From Marmoricola sp. (lineage in GTDB: Bacteria > Actinomycetota > Actinomycetes > Propionibacteriales > Nocardioidaceae): a stretch of DNA of 64,000 nucleotides. The position numbers and the translations under genes are program-made. The DNA is taken from positions 2,915 to 66,914 of the forward strand of contig JAOPXI010000036.1 of assembly GCA_025965215.1 (NCBI GenBank). The letters are read 5' to 3'. Under the pieces are notes generated by a model. The model had not been told where the DNA came from. It ran no database searches and saw only the letters and a program-made list of their open reading frames with translations. Positions 37,964 through 48,088 of the stretch are shown here, in pieces; positions within the stretch are counted from its first letter, which is position 1, and every line of letters begins with the position of its first letter.

Positions 37964-39449
37964 GCCCGTGCAGCATCGTGATCATCTTGCCCAGTTGTTC
38001 TTCGGCCTTCTCGGTGCGCTGGAACGTGGTGAGCGCGAGGAGCGGCTTCATCCGCTGGCGGGTGATCGCGTGTGCGTAGGTGAACTCCTTGAGACCCTCG
38101 GGACCGTGGATCCGGCCGAAGCCGGAGTCGCCGACACCGCCGAACGGCAGCGACGGAACCCCGGCGAACGTGATGACGCCGTTGATCGCGGTCATTCCGA
38201 CCCGCAGCTGCTCGGCGATCTTCATCCCGTTGCGCTTGCTGAAGACCGACGATCCGAGGGCATAGCGCGAGGCGTTGGTCAGGGCGACAGCCTCGTCCAT
38301 GTCCTTCACCTTGGTCACGGTCATGGTCGGTCCGAACGTCTCCTCGGTCACTGCTGAGGAGTCCTCGGGCACGTCGACCAGGATCGTCGGCTGCACGAAC
38401 CGCTCCCCCACCGAATCCGGACCGCCGAGGACTGCCTTGCCACCGTGCGCGATCGCGTCATCGATGTGTCGGCGGATGATGTCGAGCTGCGAGGGCATCG
38501 TGATCGGGCCGATCTTGGCACCCGCGTCGTTGGTCGCGTGCAGCTCCTTGGTCCGTGCCACGACCTGGGTCAGGAAGTCGTCGTAGACGCGCTCGTGGAC
38601 GTAGACACGCTCGACACCGGCACAGGTCTGGCCGGCGTTCGCGTTCGCCCCCCAGACGGCACCATCGACTGCGGCCTCGATGTCGGCGTCAGCATCCACG
38701 ATCAAGGCGTCCTTGCCGCCGGCTTCGATCAGCACCGGGGTGAGAGTCTCGGAGGCGGCCGCCATCACCTGCTTGCCGGTGGCCGTCGAGCCCGTGAACG
38801 CCACCTTGTTGACGCCCGAGCGGCACAGGGCGGCGCCGGTGTCGCCCATGCCGGTGACGACCTGGAAGACGGGCTGCTCGATGACCTCGGCGAAGGTTTG
38901 TGCGAGCCAGATCCCGACGCCGGGGGTGTACTCGCTCGGCTTGAAGACGACAGCGTTGCCCGCTGCGAGCGCATAGGCGATCGACCCCATCGGCGTGAAC
39001 ACCGGGTAGTTCCACGGACCGATCACGCCGACCACCCCGAGAGGAGCGAACTCGACGGTCGCCTTCTGGTTGGCCATCACCAGACCGCTCGGCACTTTGC
39101 GGCGCTTGAGCACCTTGCCGGCGTGGCCGGCGGCCCACGACAGGTGGTCGATCGCGAGGGCACACTCGAGCATGGCGTCACCGTGCGGCTTGCCGGTCTC
39201 GGTCTCCATGATCTCGGCGAGCTCGCCGACCTTTCGCGTCAGGTGGCCCTTCCAGGCGTTGAGGCGGGTCTTGCGCTCCGCGAACGTCAGCGCGCCCCAC
39301 CAGGCAGCAGCGGTGCGAGCGCGCGCGACGGCAGCCTCGACGTCGGCGGCACTCGCGATCGGGTGGGTGCCGACAACAGCACCTGTGCGGGGGTTCAGCG
39401 ATTCGAACGTCGAGGCGGTGCGCGTGCCGGCTGGTTCCGTGATCGTCAT
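37950..39449 (-). CDS. NAD(P)-dependent aldehyde dehydrogenase
   Basis: Motifs FTGSTATG, EAGGKDA and the catalytic Cys in NAGQTCAGVERVYV, plus EETFGP. Confidence 0.92.
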   Translation of the reverse strand: MTITEPAGTRTASTFESLNPRTGAVVGTHPIASAADVEAAVARARTAAAWWGALTFAERKTRLNAWKGHLTRKVGELAEIMETETGKPHGDAMLECALAIDHLSWAAGHAGKVLKRRKVPSGLVMANQKATVEFAPLGVVGVIGPWNYPVFTPMGSIAYALAAGNAVVFKPSEYTPGVGIWLAQTFAEVIEQPVFQVVTGMGDTGAALCRSGVNKVAFTGSTATGKQVMAAASETLTPVLIEAGGKDALIVDADADIEAAVDGAVWGANANAGQTCAGVERVYVHERVYDDFLTQVVARTKELHATNDAGAKIGPITMPSQLDIIRRHIDDAIAHGGKAVLGGPDSVGERFVQPTILVDVPEDSSAVTEETFGPTMTVTKVKDMDEAVALTNASRYALGSSVFSKRNGMKIAEQLRVGMTAINGVITFAGVPSLPFGGVGDSGFGRIHGPEGLKEFTYAHAITRQRMKPLLALTTFQRTEKAEEQLGKMITMLHGRGGK

Positions 39450-39653
39450 GGGACGAACCTACTCCGGGTCCTTTGGTCACCGCAGCGTTCGTGTCACCAC
39501 ATTTCGACACGCTCCTCGCGGGTTCGTTCCTCACCCGCGGACGCTGCTCCATGACGACCGAACAGATCCGCTGGCGCGTCCCTGTTCCCAAAAACCCCAC
39601 GAGCCGCAAGGATCACCGAAGGCCGTCCCCCGGCCCGCTCTGGAGGTGTCACG

Positions 39654-41060
39654 TTGGCCGTCACGATCGATCCGACCTCACTCGGCTTTCTGCTTGCCGA
39701 GAACCGGAACCAGCCGATGCACGTCGCCGGGCTGCAGCTCTTCGAGAAGCCTGCCGATGCCGGCCCGCACTTCGCTCGGGAGCTGTACGAGTCGAGCCTG
39801 GACACCGAGGAGATCGCGCCGCTGTTCATCAAGAAGCCGGTACGCACGCTGGGGGGCCTCGGCCAGTGGACCTGGACCGAGGACACCGAGTTCGACATCG
39901 AGCACCACGTCCGGCACAGCGCACTGCCCGAACCGGGCCGGATCCGCGAGCTCCTCGAGCTCGTCTCCCGCCTGCACGGCCAGATGCTGGCCCGTGAGCG
40001 TCCGCTGTGGGAGGCGCACATCATCGAGGGCCTGGCCGACGGCCGGGTGGCGATGTACACCAAGATGCACCACGCCCTGGTCGACGGGATCTCGGCGATG
40101 AAGCTGATGCAGAACTCGCTGAGCACCGACCCGGACCGACGCCACATGCCGCTCCCCTTCGATGCCCGGGCCACGAACCGGAGCCGCAAGGCCCGCGAGG
40201 TCGCCGAACGCAGCCTGACCGAGATCCCGATGGACGCCCTGCGGACGGCGATGGGCATCACCGCTGACGCCGCAGGCCTCCCGGCGGCACTGATCCGTAC
40301 CCTGACCAAGGGCGTGCGCAACGAGGCGTCAGCGCTGTCCTTCTACGCGCCGAAGTCGATGTTCAACGTCAATATCACCGGCTCGCGACGGTTCGCTGCC
40401 GACGACTGGCCGTTGGAACGGATCCGGGCCATCTCGAAGGCGAGCCGGACGACCGTGAACGACGTCGTGCTCGCCATGTGCGGCGGCGCCGTTCGCAACT
40501 ACCTGATGGAGCTGGACAGGCTTCCCGGCGCGTCGCTGGTCTCGATGGTCCCGGTGGGCCTGAAGTCGCGCGGTGCCGACTCCGAGGCTGGGGGCGGCGG
40601 CAACGCCGTCGGCTCGGTGATGGTCAAGCTCGCCACCGACCTGGCAGATCCCGCTGACCGGTTGGCCGCCATCCACGCCTCCATGAAGGCCGGCAAGGAA
40701 GCCCTTGAGTCCATGACGCCGAACCAGATCATGGCGATGAGCGCGTTGGGGATGGCACCCTCGCTCGCCATCCCGATGCTCCGGCTGAACGGCATCGTGC
40801 GACCGCCGTTCAACCTGATCATCAGCAACGTGCCGGGGCCGCGCAGCGTCCAGTACCTCAACGGAGCCCGCCTGACCGGCAGCTACCCGGTCTCGGTCCC
40901 GATGCAGGGCATGGCGTTGAACATCACCTGCAACAGCTACGCCGACGACATGTGCTTCGGCCTGACCGGCTGTCGCCGTACGGTCCCGCACCTGCAGCGG
41001 TTGCTGACCCACCTCGACGACGAGCTCACAGCCCTGGAGACCGCCGCCGGCGTCGCCTAG
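39654..41060 (+). CDS. Wax ester synthase / diacylglycerol O-acyltransferase (WS/DGAT)
   Basis: The active site is HHALVDGIS, with NVPGP near the C-terminus. The TTG start has GGAGG 6 nt upstream. Confidence 0.9.
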   Translation: MAVTIDPTSLGFLLAENRNQPMHVAGLQLFEKPADAGPHFARELYESSLDTEEIAPLFIKKPVRTLGGLGQWTWTEDTEFDIEHHVRHSALPEPGRIRELLELVSRLHGQMLARERPLWEAHIIEGLADGRVAMYTKMHHALVDGISAMKLMQNSLSTDPDRRHMPLPFDARATNRSRKAREVAERSLTEIPMDALRTAMGITADAAGLPAALIRTLTKGVRNEASALSFYAPKSMFNVNITGSRRFAADDWPLERIRAISKASRTTVNDVVLAMCGGAVRNYLMELDRLPGASLVSMVPVGLKSRGADSEAGGGGNAVGSVMVKLATDLADPADRLAAIHASMKAGKEALESMTPNQIMAMSALGMAPSLAIPMLRLNGIVRPPFNLIISNVPGPRSVQYLNGARLTGSYPVSVPMQGMALNITCNSYADDMCFGLTGCRRTVPHLQRLLTHLDDELTALETAAGVA

Positions 41061-41136
41061 GCATGGGCTTGTTCGGGACGTATGCGTCTGACGGCCCTCT
41101 GCGCCGACGAACCCGGCACGGGTGGCCTACGCGGAT

Positions 41137-41445
41137 TCAGGCGGCGGAGGCGACGACATCGCCCGAACGCGCGGTAACGCGTTCGATGCCGGCCTCGGCG
41201 AGGATCCGGGCCTCCTCGATCGCGACCGTGTCGCTGACCTCGCGCAGTACGTCGGACAGCGGCACCTCGAGGGCGTCGCACAGGGACGCGAGCAGCTCGG
41301 AGGATGCTTCCTTCTGGCCACGCTCGATCTCGGAGATGTAGCCCAGGCTCACCCGGGCCTCGGAGGAGAGTTCGCGCAGGGTCATGCCGCGACGCATCCG
41401 CTCGCCGCGGAGCACGTCACCGAGTTGTCGGCGAAACAGCACCAT
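41137..41445 (-). CDS. clgR: XRE-family HTH regulator, ClgR-like
   Basis: LGDVLRGERMRRGMTLRELSSEARVSLGYISEIERGQKEASSELLASLCDALEVPLSDVL closely resembles mycobacterial ClgR as I recall it. The start is at MVLFRRQ (41445). Confidence 0.7.
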   Translation of the reverse strand: MVLFRRQLGDVLRGERMRRGMTLRELSSEARVSLGYISEIERGQKEASSELLASLCDALEVPLSDVLREVSDTVAIEEARILAEAGIERVTARSGDVVASAA

Positions 41446-41541
41446 CTCTGCGGTCCCCTCTCTTTGTCCTGCTGGGCACAACGCTACCGGTACCCGGCTT
41501 CTTCCCGGTGTGAACCGGGGAGAAACGCTGACCGGAGTGTC

Positions 41542-42063
41542 TCAGTCGCCGGTGACGGCGCTACCAGCGGCCCGGTGGTAGCGCCCGCGGCGGTGCTCCA
41601 GCCCTTCGTCGGCCTCGGCCAGGTGGATCTCCTCGACCGTAGCCGTGACCACCGACGACCACCCTTCCGCACGCACGGAGACGAGGTCCACCAGGGCCCT
41701 GGACCGACCGGGCAGTGCCGGACCGTGCGAGGTCTGCTCCCAGGTCGCGGCGCGGAAGGGCCCCCCGGGAGCCGGCACCGTCCCGGCGAAGGCCTCAGCC
41801 AGATCGCGATCGTTCCAGTCCAGCAGCTGCACGACCGCGCGGCCGTTGCCGGAGAACGCCGCGGTGAAGTCGGCGTCCGGGTCGAGCAGCGCGATGATCC
41901 GGGCGGGCTCACCGGCCGCAACCATCAGCGAGGACACCGTCAGACCGGCACGACCGTCCGCGTCACCGGTGGTCCACAGCGACACCGCTCCGCCGAGACG
42001 CGCGCGGAACCTGCGTACCGGATCGGCCGGCTCGGCGAACGGGTGGGTGCTGTGGATGGTCAT
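41542..42063 (-). CDS. Flavin reductase-like domain protein
   Basis: GAVSLWTTGDADGRAGLTVSSLMVA resembles a flavin reductase FMN-binding split barrel. The start is at MTIHS (42063). Confidence 0.65.
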   Translation of the reverse strand: MTIHSTHPFAEPADPVRRFRARLGGAVSLWTTGDADGRAGLTVSSLMVAAGEPARIIALLDPDADFTAAFSGNGRAVVQLLDWNDRDLAEAFAGTVPAPGGPFRAATWEQTSHGPALPGRSRALVDLVSVRAEGWSSVVTATVEEIHLAEADEGLEHRRGRYHRAAGSAVTGD

Positions 42064-42121
42064 CGCGCACCCGGTTCCAGGTCTGATGTCAGGGCTGATT
42101 CCTGGACCGGTTCCTGGGTGA

Positions 42122-42910
42122 TCAGGAGGCCTTCGACTCGGGTGCGTGCTCGTCGCCGGCAGGCCCGGTGGCTGTGCTGGCAGCAGCCGGTTCGGCGGCT
42201 GCCTTCGCGGCTGCCCGGGCGTCCGCATCGGCCTTCTTGTGCTCTTCCTTGGCCCGGTTGGCGTACATGTCGACGTACTCCTGACCGGAGAGACGCATGA
42301 TCTCGTACATGATCTCGTCGGTGATCGACCTCAGGATGTACCGGTCGTTCTCCAGACCCTCGTAGCGCTCGAAGTCGAGCGGCGTGCCGAAACGGACGAC
42401 CGGCCGGGTGATCGACCCGAACTTCTTGCCGGGGGGCGCCACCACGTCGGTACCGACGACCGCGACCGGGATCACCGGAACACCGGTCTCCAGGGCGAGG
42501 CGAGCCACTCCGGTCTTGCCGCGGTACAGGCGTCCGTCGTGCGACCGGGTGCCCTCGGGGTAGATGCCGAACAGGTCGCCGTCGGCGAGCACGCGCTTCG
42601 CGGTCACCAGGGCACCTTCGGCGGCGGATGCACCGGAGCGGTCGATGGGGACCTGACCGGCACCGGAGAAGAACAACTTCTGGAACCAGCCCTTGATGCC
42701 GGGAGAGGTGAAGTACTCGGCCTTGGCCGCGAAGGTGATCTTGCGGGGCACGGTGAGCGGCATGAACAGCCAGTCCGCGTAGGAGAGGTGGTTACTGGCC
42801 AGGATCGCCGGGCCGTCCGTCGGGATGTTCTCCTCACCTTCGGTGTGCGGTCGGAAGACGACCCGCAGCAGCGGACCGATCGCGATCCACTTCAGGAACC
42901 AGTAGAACAA
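42122..42910 (-). CDS. plsC: 1-acyl-sn-glycerol-3-phosphate (lysophospholipid) acyltransferase
   Basis: HX4D motif NHLSYAD, then FAAKAEYF, YPEGTRS and PVIPVAV. Confidence 0.88.
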   Translation of the reverse strand: MFYWFLKWIAIGPLLRVVFRPHTEGEENIPTDGPAILASNHLSYADWLFMPLTVPRKITFAAKAEYFTSPGIKGWFQKLFFSGAGQVPIDRSGASAAEGALVTAKRVLADGDLFGIYPEGTRSHDGRLYRGKTGVARLALETGVPVIPVAVVGTDVVAPPGKKFGSITRPVVRFGTPLDFERYEGLENDRYILRSITDEIMYEIMRLSGQEYVDMYANRAKEEHKKADADARAAAKAAAEPAAASTATGPAGDEHAPESKAS

Positions 42911-43020
42911 CCCACACCTCCTCAGGCGTTGACCACCCTAGCCCGTCCTTGGGTCCCGTGAAACGATGGACCGGGTTGATGAACGGACCCATGACGCGCC
43001 CATCCTGACGGAGGAACCTG

Positions 43021-43788
43021 GTGGCCATCGCCCCGCACGCCGAGCCGCTCCACACCGAAGCAACACCGGGTGCCGACGGCCGCCGGATCGGCGTACTGCT
43101 GAGCCACGGATTCACCGGGTCACCGGCCTCGATGGTCCCGTGGGGGCACTATCTGGCCGACCAGGGCTTCGCCGTCTCCGTCCCGCTGCTGCCCGGCCAC
43201 GGGACCACCTGGCAGGAGATGACCAGCACCCGGTACGACGACTACTACGCCGCGCTCGGGGCCGAGTTCGACGCGCTGCGCGCCCGGACCGACGTCGTCG
43301 TGGTCGCCGGCCTCTCGATGGGCGGCTGCCTGGTGCTGCAGCTCGCCGAACGGCGCGCCGCCGACATCGCCGGCGTGGTGCTCGTCAACCCGGCCGTCGC
43401 GAGCACCAACAAGCAGCTGCTCCTGCTGCCGGTGATGAAGCACCTGGTCAAGGCGTTCCCCGCGATCGGCAACGACATCAAGAAGCCCGACGTCCTCGAG
43501 TACGCCTACCCCAAGACACCGCTCAAGCCGCTCGCCTCGATGCTTGAGGCCTGGAAGCAGGTGCGAGCGGATCTGCCGAAGGTGACCGCGCCCGTGCTGC
43601 TGTTCCGCTCGGCCGACGACCACGTCGTCGACCCGTCGTCGGCGAAGATCATCCTGGCCGGAATCTCGTCGAACGATGCCGTCGAACGCGTCCTGCACGA
43701 GAGCTTCCACGTCGCCACCCTGGACAACGACGCCGAGGAGATCTTCTCAGGCTCGGCGGCGTTCATCAGGCGGGTCACCGGCACGTGA
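43021..43788 (+). CDS. Alpha/beta hydrolase (carboxylesterase / monoacylglycerol-lipase-like)
   Basis: Motifs HGFTGSP and the nucleophile elbow GLSMGG, with the C-terminal Asp/His region DDHVV ... SFHVA. Confidence 0.8.
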   Translation: MAIAPHAEPLHTEATPGADGRRIGVLLSHGFTGSPASMVPWGHYLADQGFAVSVPLLPGHGTTWQEMTSTRYDDYYAALGAEFDALRARTDVVVVAGLSMGGCLVLQLAERRAADIAGVVLVNPAVASTNKQLLLLPVMKHLVKAFPAIGNDIKKPDVLEYAYPKTPLKPLASMLEAWKQVRADLPKVTAPVLLFRSADDHVVDPSSAKIILAGISSNDAVERVLHESFHVATLDNDAEEIFSGSAAFIRRVTGT

Positions 43789-44204
43789 GCAACAACGAGG
43801 AAGCGGCACGACGCGAACGCGAGGACGCCGACTGGCGGGCCATCGTGGAACAGTACGGCGACGCGCCGGACTTTCCGGAACCCCCGAAGGCCGCCCCCGA
43901 TCCCCCTGTCGTCTTCGAGGTCCCGGTCGAGCTCGCCGCGTCACAGTGGGACGACGAGGACGGCTACGTGCCTCCTCCGCCGCCCCCGCTCCCGCGACCG
44001 CGCGGGGTCAGGCTGGCCGCCTGGATCGGCCTGTTCGGCGTACCGGGCATCGTCGTGGTCGGACTGCTGCTCAACATCTCGCTACCCTCCTATGTCGGCC
44101 TGCTCTGCCTGGCGTGGTTCGTGGGTGGCTTCGGCTACCTGGTCGCCACGATGGCGGGACCCGACGACCCGGACCTCGGTGGGGACGACGGCGCCGTTCT
44201 CTGA
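43785..44204 (+). CDS. Hypothetical membrane protein (acidic, Pro-rich N-terminus and two TM helices)
   Basis: Its start overlaps the upstream stop (GTGA). Two clear hydrophobic helices are present. I recognised no family. Confidence 0.55.
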   Translation: MSNNEEAARREREDADWRAIVEQYGDAPDFPEPPKAAPDPPVVFEVPVELAASQWDDEDGYVPPPPPPLPRPRGVRLAAWIGLFGVPGIVVVGLLLNISLPSYVGLLCLAWFVGGFGYLVATMAGPDDPDLGGDDGAVL

Positions 44205-44233
44205 CCAGTCCACCCCACCAGAGGAGATGTGAG

Positions 44234-45469
44234 TTGCAGTCGACCGAGACCGTCGAGATCAGCGGACACCTGATGGACTCCGGGATCCTGTCCCGGGTCC
44301 TCGACGACATCCGCGAGTACGGCGGCGACTACGTGATCGTGAGCTTCGACCTCGGTCACGACGCCGGCGACACCTCGCACGCGACGATCCGGGTCGCCGC
44401 CGTCGACGACGACGCCCTCCAGCGGTTGCTGATGCGGCTGCAGACCCGCGGGGTGAACCAGGTCGATCCCGGCACTGCCGCGGTCTCCGTGGCCGACCAG
44501 GACGGCGTCTTCCCCGACGGGTTCTACTCGAGCACCAACCTGGAGACCCAGGTCCGCCTCGAGACGGCCTGGATCCCGGTGGACAGCCCAGAGATGGACT
44601 GCGGCCTGATCGTCGTCGACGCACCCGACGGCCCGCGGGTGCACACCCTCCCGATGGCCGACGTGAAGGCCGGCATGAAGGTCGTCTGCGGCGCCTCGGG
44701 GATCAGGGTGGAAGCGCCCGCGGTCGCGGAGAGCACCGGCTTCGGCTTCATGGATTCCGACGTGTCGAGCGAGAAGCCCCAGGCCGTGCTGGTCCGCCAG
44801 GTCGCCGACGGGATGCGCGCAGCGAAGGAAGCCGGCAAGAAGGTGCTCTGGGTCGGCGGCCCGGGTGTGGTGCACACCGGCGCCGCCCCGGCGATGGTCG
44901 AGTTGGTGAACGCCGGCTTCGTCGACGTGCTCTTCGCCGGCAACGCGCTGGCGACCCACGACATCGAGTCCGCGCTGTACGGCACCTCGCTCGGCATCGA
45001 CCTGGCGATGGGCCAGGGCGTCGAGCACGGCCACGAGCACCACATCAGGGCGATCAACACCATCCGCAAGGCCGGATCGATCCGTGATGCTGTGAGCTCG
45101 GGGATCCTGACCGGCGGCATCATGCATGCCCTGGTCAAGCACGAGAAGACGTTCGTGCTGGTCGGGTCGGTGCGCGACGACGGCCCGTTGCCGGACGTCT
45201 ACACCGACGTGATCGACGGTCAGCGCGCGATGCGCGCCGAGATCGGCGATGTCGGGTTCTGCCTGATGGTCGCGACCATGCTGCACTCGGTGGCCACGGG
45301 CAACATCCTGCCCGCCTCGATCCCGTTGGTCTGCGTCGACATCAACCCGGCCACGGTGACCAAGCTGGCCGATCGCGGCTCGTCCCAGGCACGCGGCATC
45401 GTCACCGACGTCGGCCTGTTCCTCGAGCAGCTGGCCGGCGAGCTCGTGCCGGAGTATCGCCTGCGGTGA
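44234..45469 (+). CDS. TIGR00300-family (LOR/SDH-like) protein
   Basis: Motifs VEISGHLMDSGILSRVLDDI, GGPGVVHTGA and LFAGNALATHD. The TTG start has GAGGAG 8 nt upstream. The tracked ORF has a 186-codon spurious 5' extension. Confidence 0.7.
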   Translation: MQSTETVEISGHLMDSGILSRVLDDIREYGGDYVIVSFDLGHDAGDTSHATIRVAAVDDDALQRLLMRLQTRGVNQVDPGTAAVSVADQDGVFPDGFYSSTNLETQVRLETAWIPVDSPEMDCGLIVVDAPDGPRVHTLPMADVKAGMKVVCGASGIRVEAPAVAESTGFGFMDSDVSSEKPQAVLVRQVADGMRAAKEAGKKVLWVGGPGVVHTGAAPAMVELVNAGFVDVLFAGNALATHDIESALYGTSLGIDLAMGQGVEHGHEHHIRAINTIRKAGSIRDAVSSGILTGGIMHALVKHEKTFVLVGSVRDDGPLPDVYTDVIDGQRAMRAEIGDVGFCLMVATMLHSVATGNILPASIPLVCVDINPATVTKLADRGSSQARGIVTDVGLFLEQLAGELVPEYRLR

Positions 45470-45482
45470 TCGGCCGGTTACC

Positions 45483-46427
45483 TCACGGAAGTCGTGCGAG
45501 ATCAGCTGCGCCGATCAGGCCGGCGTCGTTGCCCAGGGCAGCACGCGCGATCCGGGGCGCGGGACGATGCCCGAACCCGGTCTCGGAGCGCTCGAAGGAC
45601 TCGCTGATGATCGTCAGGTCGAGCTCGGGCGACTCGCTCACGCCACCACCGACCACGATCACGTCCGGGTCGATGACAGCGGCCAGGCTGCCCAGTCCTT
45701 CACCGATCCAGCGGGCAAGGTCGATGAAGCTCTCCTTCGCCACCGGATCGCCCTCCTCCGCGGCCTCGGAGACCATCGGACCCTTGATGCCGTCCGCGTC
45801 CCCGCCGGCCAGGGCCAGCAGGATCTGCGCGCGTGACGGGTCCTGCGCCGCGAGCTCGCGCGCCCGGGCCGAGAGACCTGTCCCCGAGCCGTAGGCCTCC
45901 CAGCAGCCGTCGAGGCCGCAGGCGCAGCGCCGCCCACCTGGGACGACCCGCATGTGACCGAATTCGGCGGCGACCCCGAACCCACCGCGGAACACCTGTC
46001 CCCCCAGGACGAGTCCGCCGCCGATCCCGGTTCCGATGGTGACCATCAGGAGGGTGCGCGCACCCTGGCCGGCCCCGAAGCGGTACTCGGCCCAGGCTGC
46101 GGCGTTCGCGTCGTTCTCGATCGTGACCGGTACCGTGACCCGGTCCGCGATGAGCTTGCGCAGCGGCTCCTCGCGCCATGCCAGGTTCGGGGCGAACATG
46201 ACTTCGGTCCGAGCCAGGTCGATGAAGCCGGCTGCGGCCACGCCCACCGAGGCGATCTGGTGCTCGGCCGACAGCTCGGTGACCATGGCCGCGATGTCGT
46301 CGGCGATCGCGTCCGGCTGCTCGGCCGGGGATTCGCGACGGGTGCTCGCGATCAGGGCGCCGTCCTCGGTCACGACTCCGGCAGCGATCTTCGTTCCGCC
46401 CACGTCGACCCCGACACTCAGCGTCAT
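45483..46427 (-). CDS. glk: ROK-family glucokinase
   Basis: Motifs VGVDVGGTKIAAG, ENDANAAAWAE, the ROK Cys motif CACGLDGCWE and GGGVS. Its ATG overlaps the upstream stop (ATGA). Confidence 0.88.
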   Translation of the reverse strand: MTLSVGVDVGGTKIAAGVVTEDGALIASTRRESPAEQPDAIADDIAAMVTELSAEHQIASVGVAAAGFIDLARTEVMFAPNLAWREEPLRKLIADRVTVPVTIENDANAAAWAEYRFGAGQGARTLLMVTIGTGIGGGLVLGGQVFRGGFGVAAEFGHMRVVPGGRRCACGLDGCWEAYGSGTGLSARARELAAQDPSRAQILLALAGGDADGIKGPMVSEAAEEGDPVAKESFIDLARWIGEGLGSLAAVIDPDVIVVGGGVSESPELDLTIISESFERSETGFGHRPAPRIARAALGNDAGLIGAADLARLP

Positions 46428-46849
46428 GACTCGTCCCAGGACTCGTCGTCGAGGTTGATCTTCTCCACCGGCGAGTTCTTGGCATCGCCGGGAACCTGGG
46501 TGGCCAGCACTCCGGCGGCCGCGTGCATCAGCGAGCTCGCCGCGACAGCCAGGTGTGCCTTCACCTCGGGGCTGGTCGACCTCACGGCCGAGATGACCTG
46601 GCACAGCGGGCAGTACTTGCAGTCGGCGCCGTCGGTCGCGATGTGCTGGTTGACGTTGCCGATCATGTCCGACATCGCGCTCGCCGCACCCGTGGCCGAG
46701 CCGGCGTAGTCGGCGCCCTGGCCGCGCGCCCACCCCGAGAGGGCGGTGAAGAGCTTGGCCGCTTCCTCACCGACGCTGCCGACGGGTTCGCCCGACCCCG
46801 TAGTCGGGCCGCTGCCGGCCGGTCGGTCCCCGTCGAACTCGTCGCTCAC
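46424..46849 (-). CDS. DUF5304-like small protein with a CxxCxxC motif
   Basis: Motifs EEAAKLFTALSGWA and DCKYCPLCQ (46601-46621), with an acidic C-terminus. It is translationally coupled on both sides. Confidence 0.65.
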   Translation of the reverse strand: MSDEFDGDRPAGSGPTTGSGEPVGSVGEEAAKLFTALSGWARGQGADYAGSATGAASAMSDMIGNVNQHIATDGADCKYCPLCQVISAVRSTSPEVKAHLAVAASSLMHAAAGVLATQVPGDAKNSPVEKINLDDESWDES

Positions 46850-48075
46850 CGTGACTCCTCTGTCTCGTCGCTGACGTCGGTGCGGAACTTGACCTGCAGT
46901 GATCCTGCCTCGACGCGCGCCCCGACGACCGTGTGCCGAGCCAGGGCCGCCGGGAGCGCGAGCAACCGACGGTACGACCCGACCGTGACGACGAGCTCGT
47001 CGCCATGCCGGGCCAGGTCCACGTCCTCCTTCGCGGCGAACGGGAGCGCGATCCGCAGGACGGCTCCCGAGTCGGTCCGGCTGATGGTCATCGGGCCCTC
47101 GCCAGTAGGCACGGCGAGCGGGTCGCTGCCGTCATACGCCGCCTCGGCGAAGGTCGCCAGGGCGTCAGCACCCATCGGCTCTCCCGGCTGGTACGACGAC
47201 ATCCAGATCGGCAGGTCGACGAACGACTGGCGCACCTCGGCAAGGACCGAGGACTGGGCGCTGACCCACGCCTCACGCCAGGGATCAGCACCGTCGGCCG
47301 GAAAGACGCGGTTCGCGATCACGCCGTCGACCCGGTAGCCGTACAGCGACAGGGTGGTCAACGACCGGCGGGCCTCGGCGACGACCACGGCCTCGGGGGT
47401 CAGCACGAGGCGGACGCTCGCCTCCTTGTCGGTGAGGATCTGTTGGACCTCCTCGAGGTCGCTGTGCAGGCGCTCGATGGCCTCGAAGACCGAGTCCTCG
47501 GGCATCGGCACGCCGGCTGCTCGGGTGAGCACCGGACGCAGGGCGCGCATCACCCGGCGCTGCACCCCGAACATCCGCGACATGTACCAGTTCAGGGCCT
47601 CGGGCAGCGCCAGCAGACGCAGGGTCTCGGCAGTCGGCGCACAGTCGACGACGATCACGTCCCACTCGCCGGAGAGTGCGTGCTGACGCAGCTCGAGCAG
47701 CGCCAGGACCTCCTCGGCGCCCGGGATCACGGTGAGCTCCTCGGCGGTGATCGGGTCGACGCCAGCGGCATCGAGGACCGACATCAGGTATCCCTGGATG
47801 TCACCCCACGAGCGTTCGAACCGACGCTGGGCATCGACCTGGTGGACCCACAGGTTCGGTGCGACCGGTGTCGGTTCGGCTCCGATGGCGCACGCGAACG
47901 CGTCACCGAGGGAGTGCGCAGCGTCGGTGGAGAGCACCAGGGTGCGCCGTCCGCGACGTGCGGCCAGCGTGGCCGTCCCCGCGGCCGAGGTCGTCTTGCC
48001 CACACCGCCCTTGCCGGTGAAGAGGATGATCCGGACGCTGCCGTGCTGGACCGTCCGCTCGCTCTCCGCACTCAC
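46846..48075 (-). CDS. ArsA/Get3-like P-loop ATPase
   Basis: P-loop GKGGVGKTT, then STDAAHSL and VVDCAPTAETLRLL. Confidence 0.85.
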   Translation of the reverse strand: MSAESERTVQHGSVRIILFTGKGGVGKTTSAAGTATLAARRGRRTLVLSTDAAHSLGDAFACAIGAEPTPVAPNLWVHQVDAQRRFERSWGDIQGYLMSVLDAAGVDPITAEELTVIPGAEEVLALLELRQHALSGEWDVIVVDCAPTAETLRLLALPEALNWYMSRMFGVQRRVMRALRPVLTRAAGVPMPEDSVFEAIERLHSDLEEVQQILTDKEASVRLVLTPEAVVVAEARRSLTTLSLYGYRVDGVIANRVFPADGADPWREAWVSAQSSVLAEVRQSFVDLPIWMSSYQPGEPMGADALATFAEAAYDGSDPLAVPTGEGPMTISRTDSGAVLRIALPFAAKEDVDLARHGDELVVTVGSYRRLLALPAALARHTVVGARVEAGSLQVKFRTDVSDETEESR

Positions 48076-48088
48076 ATGACCACGTCTC

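Noticed and set aside
43676-44233. A 186-codon 5' extension of the TIGR00300-family ORF
   Set aside because: It overlaps the esterase 3' end and the whole membrane-protein gene in another frame, and it is Arg/Pro-rich. A TTG start with a GAGGAG RBS at 44234 fits the conserved N-terminus.
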